The notes below the pieces were generated by a model. It made no database searches. It saw nothing but the letters and a program-made list of their open reading frames with translations, and was not told where the DNA came from. Shown piece after piece: positions 19,288 through 29,447 of a stretch of DNA of 64,000 nucleotides. The stretch is from Spirulina sp. GTDB taxonomy: Bacteria > Cyanobacteriota > Cyanobacteriia > Phormidesmidales > Phormidesmidaceae. Where the stretch lies: contig JBIPSI010000002.1 in the NCBI GenBank assembly GCA_044070495.1, positions 1 through 64,000 on the forward strand. The letters run 5' to 3'. A program made the position numbers and the translations under genes. Position 1 is the first letter of the stretch, and every line of letters begins with the position of its first letter.

Positions 19288-22200
19288 TTAGAGGGTGAGC
19301 GAAACGTTGACCACCTTATCGTTGAAGTCGAGATCGCCGCCGCCGAAGATGTCCTCAAATTCTAGGGCACCGTTGCGGAAACGAATGTGCTCGATTCCAT
19401 CGGCATTGGCTGCCGTGAAGGAGAAGAACACTTGGGTGGCGTCGTAGCTTTCCAGGTTGCCTTGGGCAATCAGGAAGGGGGCATAGAGACTGCCGCCAGC
19501 AATGCCCGTTTGGAAGACCGAGGTGCGGTTGTTGGCGGTTGTTAGACCGACCACATCGACACGGGCGTTGAGAGCCGCCTGGGTATAGCCTGCCTGGCCA
19601 GGGGTGAAGTCGGCCACGCCATCGCCATTAATATCAATGCCGCCGCTGGCATCGGTCACCCGGTAGAAGCCCACAAAGTTGTTGTAGGCCGCTTCCCGAT
19701 TCACCGTGAAGGACGCCGCAACGGTGCCCGTGATATCGCGCAGGTCGAGCAGGGTGGCCTCGGCCCCAGTACCCACACCAATGCGGTTGGGGTTGCCTTG
19801 ACCCGGATTATTCACCAGCCCAGGCGGAGTGACCGGAGGCCCAGGTGGAGTGACCGGAGGCCCAACCGGGGGATCCACCGGAGGATTCACGGGATTACCC
19901 AAGCCCTCAATGGCAAACAGGGTAGTGGTGCCGCTGACCTCGTTGCCCACCGCCAGCAGGGGTTGACCCGTGGGGCTGTCCTCTGCCGAGATGAAGGTGA
20001 GTCCTTCGGGGCCGAGATCCCCCGCCGTACCCGCCAGGGGATCGCCAACGAAGATACGGTTGTTGGAGTAGTCCACAAAGAAGGGGTTGGTGGGGTCGGT
20101 GATGTCGTAGGTCATGATGCCGCCGACCCGCTCTAGGCCGATGAAGGCGTAGGTGCGACCGTTAATTTCGCCAATGGCGACGCCTTCGGGCTCTGGACCT
20201 TTGTTGTCGCTGCGGTTATCGAAGGAATCGTTCTCGGCGTTGTCGAAGTTGAAGAAGTCGGGGAAGCGCTGGGCAATGATCTCCTCAAACTGCGAGCCGC
20301 TGTCAAATACCAGGTTGCCCTGGGTATCCCAAATGCTGAAGGAACGGCCACCAAAGGCATAGAGTTCTTCGTAGAGACCGTCGCCGTTGGCATCGCCCAG
20401 GGTGGTGGTCACCGTTAGCCGTCCCAGAACTGCATTGGCCTGGAGTTCGGCGGCATTGGGGAAGGCCACGGGGTCGAGGGCCAGATCCCGAACCCGGGCC
20501 TCTTCGGCGAAGCCAGCGTAGTCGCGGGCGTCGCCTTCGTTGGCGGTGACGATGTAGGTTTGCCCCGCCACCTCATAGAGGGCGATGGCGTCGGGCTGAT
20601 ACATGCCAAACAGGTTGGGGTAGGTGGTGATGTTGATGCCGCCATCCCGGTCGCTGGCATCCAGACCCGACAGCGCGTGAGACTTGTAGCCCAGGGGCAG
20701 GATGTCCACGAAGGTTCCGGAAACCAGGCTCAACACCCCAATGGCGTTGTTCTCTTGCAGGGCCACGTAGGCGGTTTGGGACTGCTTATCAACGGCGATG
20801 TATTCGGGTTCCAAGTCCTGAGCCACCGTTGCCCCAGGGCCAAAGATCCTCACTCCACGGGCAATGAGGCTATCTTTTTGGTCGTTGAAGGCCCGGAAGT
20901 CGGCGGTGGTGACGTTGGCCTGGGTGAGGTTGGCTACCCCGCCCGTAAGATCAATGATGCTGACCGATCCTTCGGGATCAATGGTGTAGTCGTCGTTGGG
21001 TTCGCCTTCGTTGGCCACCAGCACCTTGGTACCATCGGGGGTGAAGGTGAGCATATCCGGCAGAGCACCCACGGTGACGGCGTTGAGGAAGTTGCCGTTG
21101 GTGTCGAAAAACACCACCTGACCCGGATCCGTCTTCACCGCGCTTTCAATGGCGACGGCCACAATGCCGTTGGCGACGGCCACGCTGTTGGCGGCGGCAC
21201 CGTAGGCCGAGGGGTCGATGGCGAACAGTTTGACAGGGCGGCTGGGGTCGTTGATATCCAGCACATCCACCGAGGGGGTGTTGGCGTTGATCACAAACAG
21301 CCGCTGGGTTACGGGATCGTGGGCCACAATTTCGGCGGCACTGGCGTCATAGATGCCCGTTTTGTAGGTGCCAATGGGCGACAGTACCCCCGGTTCCGGG
21401 GCTGGATCGATCACGCCATCGGCCCGGAAGGCTAGGTTTTGGATGCGGCTATCGAGGTCGCGCCCGGTTTCTGCGACAGCGTAGGGAGTTGCGGCACCAA
21501 AGTTATCGGCCAGATATTCCGCCAGGGCATCCTGCTCCGAGAAATCGGCGGCGAAGGTCGCGGCTCCGGTGCGGGGGGCGGTTTCATCCACCAGGTCTAC
21601 CCGGTTGGCCGCAGGCCCGGTGGGGAAGGGATAGCCATCGCCACCCCCGGCCAAGAAGCTGAGGGTAACCATGCGGAAGGTGCGGCTGGGGTCGCCCACA
21701 ATCTCACCATTGCGCACAATCACCTCTAGGTCGGTGCCGTCAGGGGCTTCTAGGGCCAAGGATTGCACCCGGTCACCTACGGGCCGAGTGACATCAAAGC
21801 TAAAGGCAAAGCCGCCAATTTGGGGGAAGGCCCCAGGGCTGCCACTGCCATCGGCCTGAAGCCCGGAAATGCCGTGCTCCACAATGGCCAGCAATTCGGC
21901 AGCGGTAACGGTGATCAGCGACAGATCGTTGTTAAATCGCAGGCTATTGGCAATGTCGGTTTCGGAGATGCCCCCAGCGGGTTTCACACCTGGAATCTCT
22001 TCGTTGGGTAGCAGTTCGGGGTCGCCCGTGCCGCCCGTGGGCACCAGAATGCGGCCAATGTCATCGCGAATGCCGCCCCCGTTTTTGAGGGAGATCACCA
22101 CCGTGGGGTCTACGGTCTTGGCCACGGCCAGGTTGGCATCCGCCGTGAGGTTGCCCAGGTTGGTTTCCTGGGTGCGAACAAACTCACGTCGTCCCTCCAA

Positions 22201-23307
22201 AAATACCGAACTCACCCCAAACACGTTGCTCTCGGAGGCCACAATGACATCCCGCAGCGCATCGGTGATGGCGACGATAGCGGGATCGGCCAGTCCGGCA
22301 CCGCCCACGGCGGTTACGCCCAGGTCGTCGGTGGCGTAGGCTCCGCTGATGGTGGGGTCGTAGGTTTCGGGCAGCAGTACGCCGTTGGCGTCAAAGCCAA
22401 TCACCAGGCGGCCCACATACTTGTAGTTGCCGTCGGTGTTCACCACCGCCACCGGGTTGCCGTCCCGGTCGGTTTGAATGATGGGATAGATGCCTTGGCT
22501 AGTGTCGCCTGCGCGGGGCCGATCATCGGCATCGAACAACCGCGTATTAGAACCACCCGCCACAATGATGTCCACATTGGATAGGCGCTGGGCCAAGGCT
22601 TGTTCAATGGCCAACTGCTGCATGTGGGCCAGTAGCACCACCTTGTTGATATCGGGATTGGCCGCCAGCAGCGCATCCACATCTGCCTGAATCTCGGCGG
22701 CTAGGGCGTCCAGTTGCTCTGGGGTGGGGTTGCCGTCGAAGGGCTGGGGCAACACCGTCACTCCCCCAGGGCTGGAAATCCGGTTCAGGGTGGGTGTCGT
22801 GGCCCCAACCACGCCGATTCTCTCGCCATTGACCTCAATCACCGTGGAGGCGGCGATACTGTTGGGCTGGGGTGCTTGGCCATCGGGAACCACCAGGCCC
22901 GCCAGGTTGGCGTCGGTACTGAAGTCCAGGTTGCTACTCAGGTAAGGAAAGGCCGTTCCGGCGAAGGTACCATCGCCAGCGATCAAGTCCTGTACCAGGG
23001 CTGTGCCTTGGTCAAATTCGTGGTTACCAAAGGCGATAGCCTGGAAGCCTAGGGCATTTTGAATCAAAATATCACCGCGTCCGGCCCCACCATAGACCGT
23101 ATCGCTAGCGCTAAAGAAAACCCCTGGAATGTAGGCATCTCCAGAGGACAGAAGCAGCGTATTGGCAAATCCAGGGATGCCATCGGCATCCAGATCCTGG
23201 GATCTCAGGGCGTTCAAGACCGCCGAAAACCGAGGGGCATCGTCTAGGGCAGGGATCCCCGCCTCCTGGTCAGCGGCGTGGAACAGTTGCAGGGTGAAGT
23301 CAACCAT
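19288..23307 (-). CDS. Multidomain 5'-nucleotidase / atypical alkaline phosphatase (metallophosphoesterase + 5'-nucleotidase C + choice-of-anchor-I propeller + DUF4114-like tail)
   Basis: FHAADQE, SSGD, GNHEFD, ETNLGNLTADA, NGGGIR; ANEGEP, LEPEYIAV, RSDNKGPEPEG; FEDIFGGGDLDFND. Confidence 0.8.
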   Translation of the reverse strand: MVDFTLQLFHAADQEAGIPALDDAPRFSAVLNALRSQDLDADGIPGFANTLLLSSGDAYIPGVFFSASDTVYGGAGRGDILIQNALGFQAIAFGNHEFDQGTALVQDLIAGDGTFAGTAFPYLSSNLDFSTDANLAGLVVPDGQAPQPNSIAASTVIEVNGERIGVVGATTPTLNRISSPGGVTVLPQPFDGNPTPEQLDALAAEIQADVDALLAANPDINKVVLLAHMQQLAIEQALAQRLSNVDIIVAGGSNTRLFDADDRPRAGDTSQGIYPIIQTDRDGNPVAVVNTDGNYKYVGRLVIGFDANGVLLPETYDPTISGAYATDDLGVTAVGGAGLADPAIVAITDALRDVIVASESNVFGVSSVFLEGRREFVRTQETNLGNLTADANLAVAKTVDPTVVISLKNGGGIRDDIGRILVPTGGTGDPELLPNEEIPGVKPAGGISETDIANSLRFNNDLSLITVTAAELLAIVEHGISGLQADGSGSPGAFPQIGGFAFSFDVTRPVGDRVQSLALEAPDGTDLEVIVRNGEIVGDPSRTFRMVTLSFLAGGGDGYPFPTGPAANRVDLVDETAPRTGAATFAADFSEQDALAEYLADNFGAATPYAVAETGRDLDSRIQNLAFRADGVIDPAPEPGVLSPIGTYKTGIYDASAAEIVAHDPVTQRLFVINANTPSVDVLDINDPSRPVKLFAIDPSAYGAAANSVAVANGIVAVAIESAVKTDPGQVVFFDTNGNFLNAVTVGALPDMLTFTPDGTKVLVANEGEPNDDYTIDPEGSVSIIDLTGGVANLTQANVTTADFRAFNDQKDSLIARGVRIFGPGATVAQDLEPEYIAVDKQSQTAYVALQENNAIGVLSLVSGTFVDILPLGYKSHALSGLDASDRDGGINITTYPNLFGMYQPDAIALYEVAGQTYIVTANEGDARDYAGFAEEARVRDLALDPVAFPNAAELQANAVLGRLTVTTTLGDANGDGLYEELYAFGGRSFSIWDTQGNLVFDSGSQFEEIIAQRFPDFFNFDNAENDSFDNRSDNKGPEPEGVAIGEINGRTYAFIGLERVGGIMTYDITDPTNPFFVDYSNNRIFVGDPLAGTAGDLGPEGLTFISAEDSPTGQPLLAVGNEVSGTTTLFAIEGLGNPVNPPVDPPVGPPVTPPGPPVTPPGLVNNPGQGNPNRIGVGTGAEATLLDLRDITGTVAASFTVNREAAYNNFVGFYRVTDASGGIDINGDGVADFTPGQAGYTQAALNARVDVVGLTTANNRTSVFQTGIAGGSLYAPFLIAQGNLESYDATQVFFSFTAANADGIEHIRFRNGALEFEDIFGGGDLDFNDKVVNVSLTL

Positions 23308-23388
23308 GATTACGAGCTTAGGGTTACGTCAGGTAGCCATTGCTACCTAGGTATATTCCGCTATCCCGCCGTAGCAAAGGTCATGGGA

Positions 23389-23429
23389 GCCCTAAGTCAA
23401 CCCTAAGTTTCAGTTAATAGAACTTTAAA
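23389..23429 (-). promoter_or_regulatory. Candidate Pho (SphR) box
   Basis: Minus strand TTTAAAGT-tct-ATTAACTG-aaa-CTTAGGGT-tga-CTTAGGGC: 11-bp periodic TTA(A/G) repeats upstream of a phosphatase gene. Confidence 0.4.
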
Positions 23430-23451
23430 ATTTTCCTAGCCCTGGCCCCTG

Positions 23452-24228
23452 TTAGCTTTTGGCCTTGCCCGCCCGTTGATCCTTGCTGTAGTAGATGCGA
23501 CGATTGGCGGCAATGGTTGCGGGTTCTCGCCAGTCGGGGTCGGCCTCGTGGTGAAGGTGGAGGTACACCAATTGAGGGGACCGCAGTAGGTAGCTGCGGC
23601 TAGCGGCCAAGTAGCGCTCGATTAAATCCTGATCCTCGGCTCCCCAGCCCACGTAGGCTTCGTCCCAGCCTTGTATATCCAGCAGGTGTTGGCGCAGAAA
23701 GTAGGGCAACACGCCAAACTTTTCCCCCTGAATCAGGTGTTTGCGCAAGGCGGTGGGCTGATCTTCGGGGGCAATGGTGGCCGCAGCGAGGGCCTCATCG
23801 AGCCGATCCAACTTCACCGTGGTTGTAGCGGCCATCAACCGATAGCCCGTCACCAACCCCTGGGGCGATAGGCTAGCGAGGTGTAGATGATCGGTCAAGG
23901 TATTCCCCAGGGGAATCAAATCCACATCCAGCGGCGTTAGGTAGGTGCCTTGGGCCTGGTGCAGTCCCAGGTTAAGGGCCTTGGTTTTGTGCAGGGTGCC
24001 TGGGTTCGATAAAAACAGGTACCGCGCCTGGTGTTGCTCCAGATCCTCCCTCAGGCCTGGGGTGGGGGCATCGTCCGCTTCTACGACGATCCACTCCCAG
24101 GGTAGATTCTGGTTGGGGTGAGTTAACCAAAACTGGGCCAAGCACCGCTGCCACCAGGCCCGTTGTACCGCCAGATGGTGGGGGCGGCGGCGGTAGATGG
24201 TCACTAACGAGAGGGAAATGTTGTCCAT
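23452..24228 (-). CDS. Glycosyltransferase family 2 / galactosyltransferase-like
   Basis: WIVVEAD, KTKALNLG, LDVD (DxD), GWDEAYVGWGAEDQDL; ATG 24228 preferred because the longer ORF crosses the psbO terminator. Confidence 0.8.
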   Translation of the reverse strand: MDNISLSLVTIYRRRPHHLAVQRAWWQRCLAQFWLTHPNQNLPWEWIVVEADDAPTPGLREDLEQHQARYLFLSNPGTLHKTKALNLGLHQAQGTYLTPLDVDLIPLGNTLTDHLHLASLSPQGLVTGYRLMAATTTVKLDRLDEALAAATIAPEDQPTALRKHLIQGEKFGVLPYFLRQHLLDIQGWDEAYVGWGAEDQDLIERYLAASRSYLLRSPQLVYLHLHHEADPDWREPATIAANRRIYYSKDQRAGKAKS

Positions 24229-24266
24229 GGCATGGGGGCGGAGGCGGTCAAACAATCTAGAAACAG

Positions 24267-24301
24267 AAAAGGAAGGAATCCCGTAGGATCCCTTCCTTTT
24301 T
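24267..24301 (-). terminator. Rho-independent terminator downstream of psbO
   Basis: AAAAGGAAGGAATCC-cgta-GGATCCCTTCCTTTTT hairpin with A/T tails. Confidence 0.7.
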
Positions 24302-24365
24302 AATCTTTTTATCTGTTCTATATCTATGGTGATCAACCCATTGCGGGTTGATCCTAGACCTTGGC

Positions 24366-25187
24366 CTAGACTTCCTCTAGGCGAGCGTAGAAGACGCCTT
24401 GCACCTTGATGTCCACGGGTTCGGCGGTGCCCATGTCGGTGTCGGAGGGCTGTTCGGCCTCAAAGGTGCCACCGATTTCCCCAGTGCTACCGTCGATTTT
24501 GGAGATCCGCAGGGACATGTGACCAACGCCAATGTCAAAGGCTTTGACGGTTTCTTCCACATACTCGTCGCCGCTGGCGGGCAGGGCAACGGCGGTGTCA
24601 TAGCCCGTGGTCAGACCACGACCCTTAGGATCGAGGAAGTTGGAGGTGCGGTAGGAGGGCACCTTGTAGTCGCCTTCAAAGTCGGTGGAGGTGGTGAGGG
24701 CACCGAGGCCAGGTTGAGACTGGGCCGTCAGACCCTTCACGGTGAACAGGAAGGGTTCTTGCTGACCACCGGGCAACTGCACGGTAATAGCTTGGAAGTC
24801 GATGCCGCCGGTTTCGGAGAACAGCAGACTGCCGTCGTTTTGAACGGTGAGGTCACCCCGTACCTGATCCAGACTGGAGGTGTAGCGGGTCAGCACCTTG
24901 CCGGGGATATAGGTGGCTTCCTGGCGCTTGGAGGTGGGTTCTTCCTTCACAAAGTAGGCGGTGGGCTCAATGCACATGCCCACAATTTCATACTTCTTGC
25001 CCGCCTCTAGGGGAAGGCTACCCCGGGTCATTTCGGAGAGTTGGGGGCACTTGTTGGCCAAGCCAGTGTTTCGGATTTGGTCATAGGTTAGGGGCACACT
25101 GCTGGTGGCGGTGGGGGCCTCACTACAGGCCGTTAGCACGCTCAGGCAAATGGCCAAAAACGCAACGATAAGGGCGCGATACCTCAT
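24366..25187 (-). CDS. psbO: Photosystem II manganese-stabilizing protein PsbO
   Basis: LTYDQIRNTGLANKCP, GIDFQAITVQLPGG, VPSYRTSNFLDPKGRG, EQPSDTDMG. Confidence 0.98.
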   Translation of the reverse strand: MRYRALIVAFLAICLSVLTACSEAPTATSSVPLTYDQIRNTGLANKCPQLSEMTRGSLPLEAGKKYEIVGMCIEPTAYFVKEEPTSKRQEATYIPGKVLTRYTSSLDQVRGDLTVQNDGSLLFSETGGIDFQAITVQLPGGQQEPFLFTVKGLTAQSQPGLGALTTSTDFEGDYKVPSYRTSNFLDPKGRGLTTGYDTAVALPASGDEYVEETVKAFDIGVGHMSLRISKIDGSTGEIGGTFEAEQPSDTDMGTAEPVDIKVQGVFYARLEEV

Positions 25188-25576
25188 TGTCTACCTCAAA
25201 TCAGCATGTATTAAAAACTAGGAGCCACTTACTGCCTTAGAGATTGTTAAACAGCTCAATGGCTAACCCCGCGAGCACCGTAGCATAAGCAGGCTGACCG
25301 AAATCAGAGGACTCGGCCCCTTAATAGCGACCCAAACCCTCTTAAATGCTGCACAATCCCCAGTCGTAGAACCTCAAGTAAGCATTCTACATGGCTTCAG
25401 CCCCCTTTCTCAGAATTCTACCTGCATTCGTAGGCTGGGCTAAGGGGAGGCTGGGAGCCTATTAGGACGGTGGTTTCTGGGGTCGCCGTTTCTTAAGGCG
25501 ATGTAAAGATCCGCAACGCCTCGATGAGACAGGATGCCAAGCATTAAGCTATTTAACAAACGCTAAGCTTTATCCT

Positions 25577-25978
25577 ATGACTGAATCATTATCCATTGAC
25601 TTCTCAAAGGCGGCGACCGAAGCTTTACCGCCGGATTTACAGAAGATTGCCGCTGCCATCGATCAGGCGGCCCAAGGCCGGACGGGGGATAGTTTGGCCC
25701 TGCTGGCCCTACTGCGCCTGCTGGAACAGCGCCACCGCGATGTTTGCGACACCCTCTTTCGCGATGCTCTACCCAGCAATCGCCACACGCTGTATACCCT
25801 GCTGCGGGATATTGAAGTGCAGGGGGGCTGGCCCTACATTCAGCGAATGAAATTGCGTGCCCTCTTTGCCAACTATCCCCATCTGGCGGTTCCCGAGGAA
25901 GCAGAGCCCCCAGCGGTAGCCCCTGAGTCCTCCGAGGATGAGGATCGAACCGACTTGGATGATGCCAATCTTGATTAG
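25577..25978 (+). CDS. Conserved cyanobacterial hypothetical protein
   Basis: ALLALLRLLE..H...FRDALP.NRH.LY.LLRDIE..GGWPYI.RMKL pattern; divergent from psbO. Confidence 0.65.
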   Translation: MTESLSIDFSKAATEALPPDLQKIAAAIDQAAQGRTGDSLALLALLRLLEQRHRDVCDTLFRDALPSNRHTLYTLLRDIEVQGGWPYIQRMKLRALFANYPHLAVPEEAEPPAVAPESSEDEDRTDLDDANLD

Positions 25979-26096
25979 TTCCATTACCATAGCCCCCCAG
26001 AGGTGCCTGTTGTTTTGACCGATCAGGAACAGAATCGGCCCGGTTTTCGTTAGGGAGGCAGGGCATCCCAGCTGTGGTGGAGGCAAATCGTTCAGT

Positions 26097-27686
26097 ATGG
26101 TCAATCAATCCTTGACATCATCAGCGGAAAAGCCTTCGGTGCGGCCCCGGCGGCTAGGACGATGGCCTGGGCTAAGGGGGCGGCTTGGTTGGGGGCGATC
26201 CTTAGCTATCCAGGGGATAACCCTGGCCCTAGGGCTGGGGGGGCTAGCATTGCCCGGTTCGGCCCAGTCCCTCAATGTCTACTGCCAGGTCACCCAGGCG
26301 GAGGCAACCGCCAAGGAGGAACTGCGGCGGGCGGCCTTTAGCGGCAATGCCACCGCCCAACAGCAATACCAGGCCATGGTGCGCCAGCAGGCCGAGAATC
26401 TGCGTCGTTGTCGCAGTCAGCAATGGCCCCAGCGACAGGCGGTGTGGCTGCGCCTCTATCCCTGCGACCTTCAGCCTGGGGTGCTAGAGGCGGTGCTGGA
26501 TCGGGTGGTGAACCTGGGCTACAACGAGGTCTACGTTGAAGCCTTCTACGGGGGGCAGGTGCTCTTGCCCCAGGCGGATAATCCCACGGCGTGGCCCTCG
26601 GTGGTGCAAACTCCCGGCTACGAGCGGCGAGATTTATTGGCGGAAGCCATCGAAAAGGGGCGCTACCGAGGGCTGCGGGTAGATGCCTGGGTCTTTACCC
26701 TCAACTTTGGCTACAACTATGGCCAGCGCCAGGATCGCCAGGAGGTGCTAGCCCGCAACGGACGAGGCCAAACCACCCTCACCTTTGCCAGGGCCGGAGA
26801 ATCGAGCAACCCCGACGAGGTCTTTGTCGATCCCTACCATGCCCAAGGCCAGGCCGACTACGCCAGGATGCTGGGGGCCCTTCTGCGGCGACGGCCCGAC
26901 AGCGTGTTGTTTGACTATGTGCGCTACCCCAGGGGGGTAGGGGGCAACTCCGTGGTGGATAGCGTGGATGATCTGTGGATCTATGGGCAGGCGTCCCGTC
27001 AGGCTTTTCTGCAACGGGCGTCCAACCAGCAGGGTTTGGAGATCATGCGCCGCTACATCAGCCGGGGTTCCTTAGAAGATAAAGATATCGAAGACGTCCG
27101 CGCCCTCTACCCGAACGAAGCGGAACCCCTCTGGCAGACCCGTTCCCCTACCCCTCGCCAGCCCGGTCAACCCCCGATGGCGGCGGCAACCCTGCGGCCT
27201 CAGCTCCAGCGAGAACTGTGGCAACTGGCGGTGGCCCATGCGGTGCAGGGGGTGGTGGACTTTGTCAAAATGGCGGAGGATCAGGCCCGTCGCAGTGGGG
27301 TACCGTCTGGGGCGGTGTTTTTCCCGGAGGGCAACCAAACCGTGGGCACCGGCGGCTACGATTCGCGCCTGCAATACTGGGAGCGTTTCCCCACCTCCAT
27401 GGCCTGGCATCCCATGGCCTATGCCGTTTGTGGTAACACAGGCTGCATTCTAGAGGGGGTGCGACGGGTGATTTCCATGGCTCCGGCCAGTGCCCGACCG
27501 CTGATTATGCCCGCCATTGCGGGCACCTGGGGCCAGCCCACCCACAACCGCCCCGCCCTAGAAACCCAAATGGAAGCGATGCGGCGGGCCTTGCCCGAAA
27601 TCAACGCTGTTAGCCACTTTGCCTACTCTTGGCAGGATCCAGAGTTTGACCGAGTACGGAAGTTTTGCTCCCTGACACGGCCATAG
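26097..27686 (+). CDS. GHL10/DUF187-like glycoside-hydrolase-fold exported protein
   Basis: Signal-like N-terminus; VWLRLYPCD, GYNEVYVEAF, FVDPY, FDYVRYP motifs. Confidence 0.7.
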   Translation: MVNQSLTSSAEKPSVRPRRLGRWPGLRGRLGWGRSLAIQGITLALGLGGLALPGSAQSLNVYCQVTQAEATAKEELRRAAFSGNATAQQQYQAMVRQQAENLRRCRSQQWPQRQAVWLRLYPCDLQPGVLEAVLDRVVNLGYNEVYVEAFYGGQVLLPQADNPTAWPSVVQTPGYERRDLLAEAIEKGRYRGLRVDAWVFTLNFGYNYGQRQDRQEVLARNGRGQTTLTFARAGESSNPDEVFVDPYHAQGQADYARMLGALLRRRPDSVLFDYVRYPRGVGGNSVVDSVDDLWIYGQASRQAFLQRASNQQGLEIMRRYISRGSLEDKDIEDVRALYPNEAEPLWQTRSPTPRQPGQPPMAAATLRPQLQRELWQLAVAHAVQGVVDFVKMAEDQARRSGVPSGAVFFPEGNQTVGTGGYDSRLQYWERFPTSMAWHPMAYAVCGNTGCILEGVRRVISMAPASARPLIMPAIAGTWGQPTHNRPALETQMEAMRRALPEINAVSHFAYSWQDPEFDRVRKFCSLTRP

Positions 27687-28926
27687 CCCGCCCCGCCAGC
27701 CAGCCCGTCGTCCAGGCGTTTTGAAAGTTAAAGCCCCCCGTAATGCCGTCGATGTCGAGGATTTCCCCGGCAAAGTGCAGCCCTGGGCAACAGCGACTCT
27801 CCATGGTTTTAAAGTCCACCTCCTTCAGCGCCACCCCGCCACAGGTAACAAACTCGTCCTTAAACACCCCCCGTCCGGCAATGGCGTAGCCGCCCTGGGT
27901 GAGTTCGGTCACCAGGCTTTGCAACTGCCCTTTGCTGAGGTTGGCCCAGGTGAGGTCGCGATCTACCCCCACCCGCTGCTGAATAAGATAAAGCCACAGC
28001 CGCCGCGATACCGCTGGAAAGGGCGAAAAGCTCACCACCAGCCGCTTGCCCTGGGTTTGCTTCAGGTTGAGCAGGGTTTGCCGCACCTGGTCGGGGTTGA
28101 GATCGGGGAGCCAGTTAATGCTGAGGGTGGCCCGGTAGCGCTGGCGATGCAGACCCACCGCCCCAAAGGCCGACAGCTTAAGAATGGCGGGGCCGCTGAG
28201 TCCCCAGTGGGTCACCAACAATGGGCCACGCTGCTTTAAAGGTTTGCCCTCCGCCAGGGGCAGCGTTAGGGCCACATCCTCCACCGACACCCCGGCTAAG
28301 GCGTGTAAATCAGGATCCGCCACGTTGAAGGTAAACAGCGAAGGAACCGGGGGCACCAGGGTATGGCCAAGGGATTGGGCCAATCGGTAGCCCATAGCGC
28401 TGCTGCCCGTGGCCAGCAGCAGGCGATCACAGCGCCAGGAGGGGCAGCCCTTCACCGTGACCGTGAATCCACCCCCAAGCCCGTCCCCAGCCGGGGTGAT
28501 ACCGGTCACTGCCATGCCCCGGTGTAGCACAATGCCCAACCGTCGCACCTCCCCCAGCAGGCCATCGACAATGGTGGCCGAGTCGTCTGTGGTGGGGAAC
28601 ATGCGACCATCGGCCTCGGTTTTGAGGGCAATGCCCCGCCGCTGAAACCAGGCGATGGTGTCCTTGGGCTGAAACTGGGTGAAGGGGCCACGCAGGGCAC
28701 GGCTGCCCCTGGGATAATGGTTGACCAGCACCGCCGGATCGAAACAGGCGTGGGTGACATTGCAGCGCCCCCCGCCGGAAATCCGCACTTTGGCCAAGGG
28801 TTCCCGCCCCGCCTCAAACAGGTGAACGGTGGCCGAGGGAGCGGCTTCGGCAAAGGCAATGGCCCCAAACACCCCCGCCGCCCCGGCCCCGACAACAATC
28901 ACGTGAGCAGACTGGGATGGAGACAT
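27610..28926 (-). CDS. HI0933/BaiN-family flavoprotein
   Basis: GAGAAG, KVRISGGGRCNVT, EADGRMFP, THWGLSGP, EFVTCGGV, GITGGFNFQNAW. Confidence 0.92.
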   Translation of the reverse strand: MSPSQSAHVIVVGAGAAGVFGAIAFAEAAPSATVHLFEAGREPLAKVRISGGGRCNVTHACFDPAVLVNHYPRGSRALRGPFTQFQPKDTIAWFQRRGIALKTEADGRMFPTTDDSATIVDGLLGEVRRLGIVLHRGMAVTGITPAGDGLGGGFTVTVKGCPSWRCDRLLLATGSSAMGYRLAQSLGHTLVPPVPSLFTFNVADPDLHALAGVSVEDVALTLPLAEGKPLKQRGPLLVTHWGLSGPAILKLSAFGAVGLHRQRYRATLSINWLPDLNPDQVRQTLLNLKQTQGKRLVVSFSPFPAVSRRLWLYLIQQRVGVDRDLTWANLSKGQLQSLVTELTQGGYAIAGRGVFKDEFVTCGGVALKEVDFKTMESRCCPGLHFAGEILDIDGITGGFNFQNAWTTGWLAGRAMAVSGSKTSVLGQTLDPAKSRQSG

Positions 28927-29011
28927 GGGCTGAGGATATCGGTTGGGATCAACGGGACAGATTCAATTTCAATCATGTTGGGTTCCCCTTCGCGGTACCC
29001 AACTCACAGGG

Positions 29012-29151
29012 CTGGTTGACTGACAAAACTCGCCAGCATACAGATCCTTCAAAGGGTCAGAAGACCTGACACCTACATGAAATCAATATTGACCAATATT
29101 GTAGGGGCGCGGTTGCCGTACCCAGTAGAGAATCTTTTGTTAGCCAGCCAG
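29012..29151. mobile_element. MITE with IS4-like ends (family A, copy 2)
   Basis: CTGGTTGACTGACAAAA...TTTTGTTAGCCAGCCAG; reverse-complement homolog of 19111-19241; contains a GTAG-type hairpin. Confidence 0.75.
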
Positions 29152-29191
29152 GGGGCAGTGCCTCCTTTACTTTTGTCAGGCAACCAACATA

Positions 29192-29292
29192 CAGCGTTTC
29201 TTGATCCTATGAGGTACAGCACAAGTCCTAAAACCCTTGCTACGTAGGAATCTCAGACCTGAATTTGTACCTCACTTACCCAGAAACCGCTG
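29192..29292. mobile_element. MITE with TA flanks (family B)
   Basis: TA|CAGCGTTTCT..TGAGGTACA ... TGTACCTCA..AGAAACCGCTG|TA bipartite inverted ends. Confidence 0.65.
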
Positions 29293-29295
29293 TAA

Positions 29296-29447
29296 GAGGA
29301 TGTTTGAAAAGTCCTGTTGCTTGTAGCAACGGTGGCGATCCCCCTAAATCCCCCTTAGAAAGGGGGACTTTTACCCCCCTTTCCAAGGGGGGCAGGGGGG
29401 ATCGGCAGGTGACTAAAGCTACAGGGGATCCCTTTTCAAACGCCCTC
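29296..29447. mobile_element. IS5/IS1031-like MITE (family C, copy 1)
   Basis: TAA|GAGGATGTTTGAAAAG...CTTTTCAAACGCCCTC|TAA; internal CCCCCTT..AAGGGGG palindromes. Confidence 0.8.

Noticed and set aside
20560..21435. 291-aa plus-strand ORF
   Set aside because: Antisense shadow of the phosphatase gene, expected from GC-rich codon bias
24229..24336. N-terminal extension of the glycosyltransferase
   Set aside because: Runs through the psbO terminator hairpin
25188..25576. Possible ncRNA upstream of psbO
   Set aside because: No recognisable RNA family or convincing structure; explained by divergent promoters and UTRs
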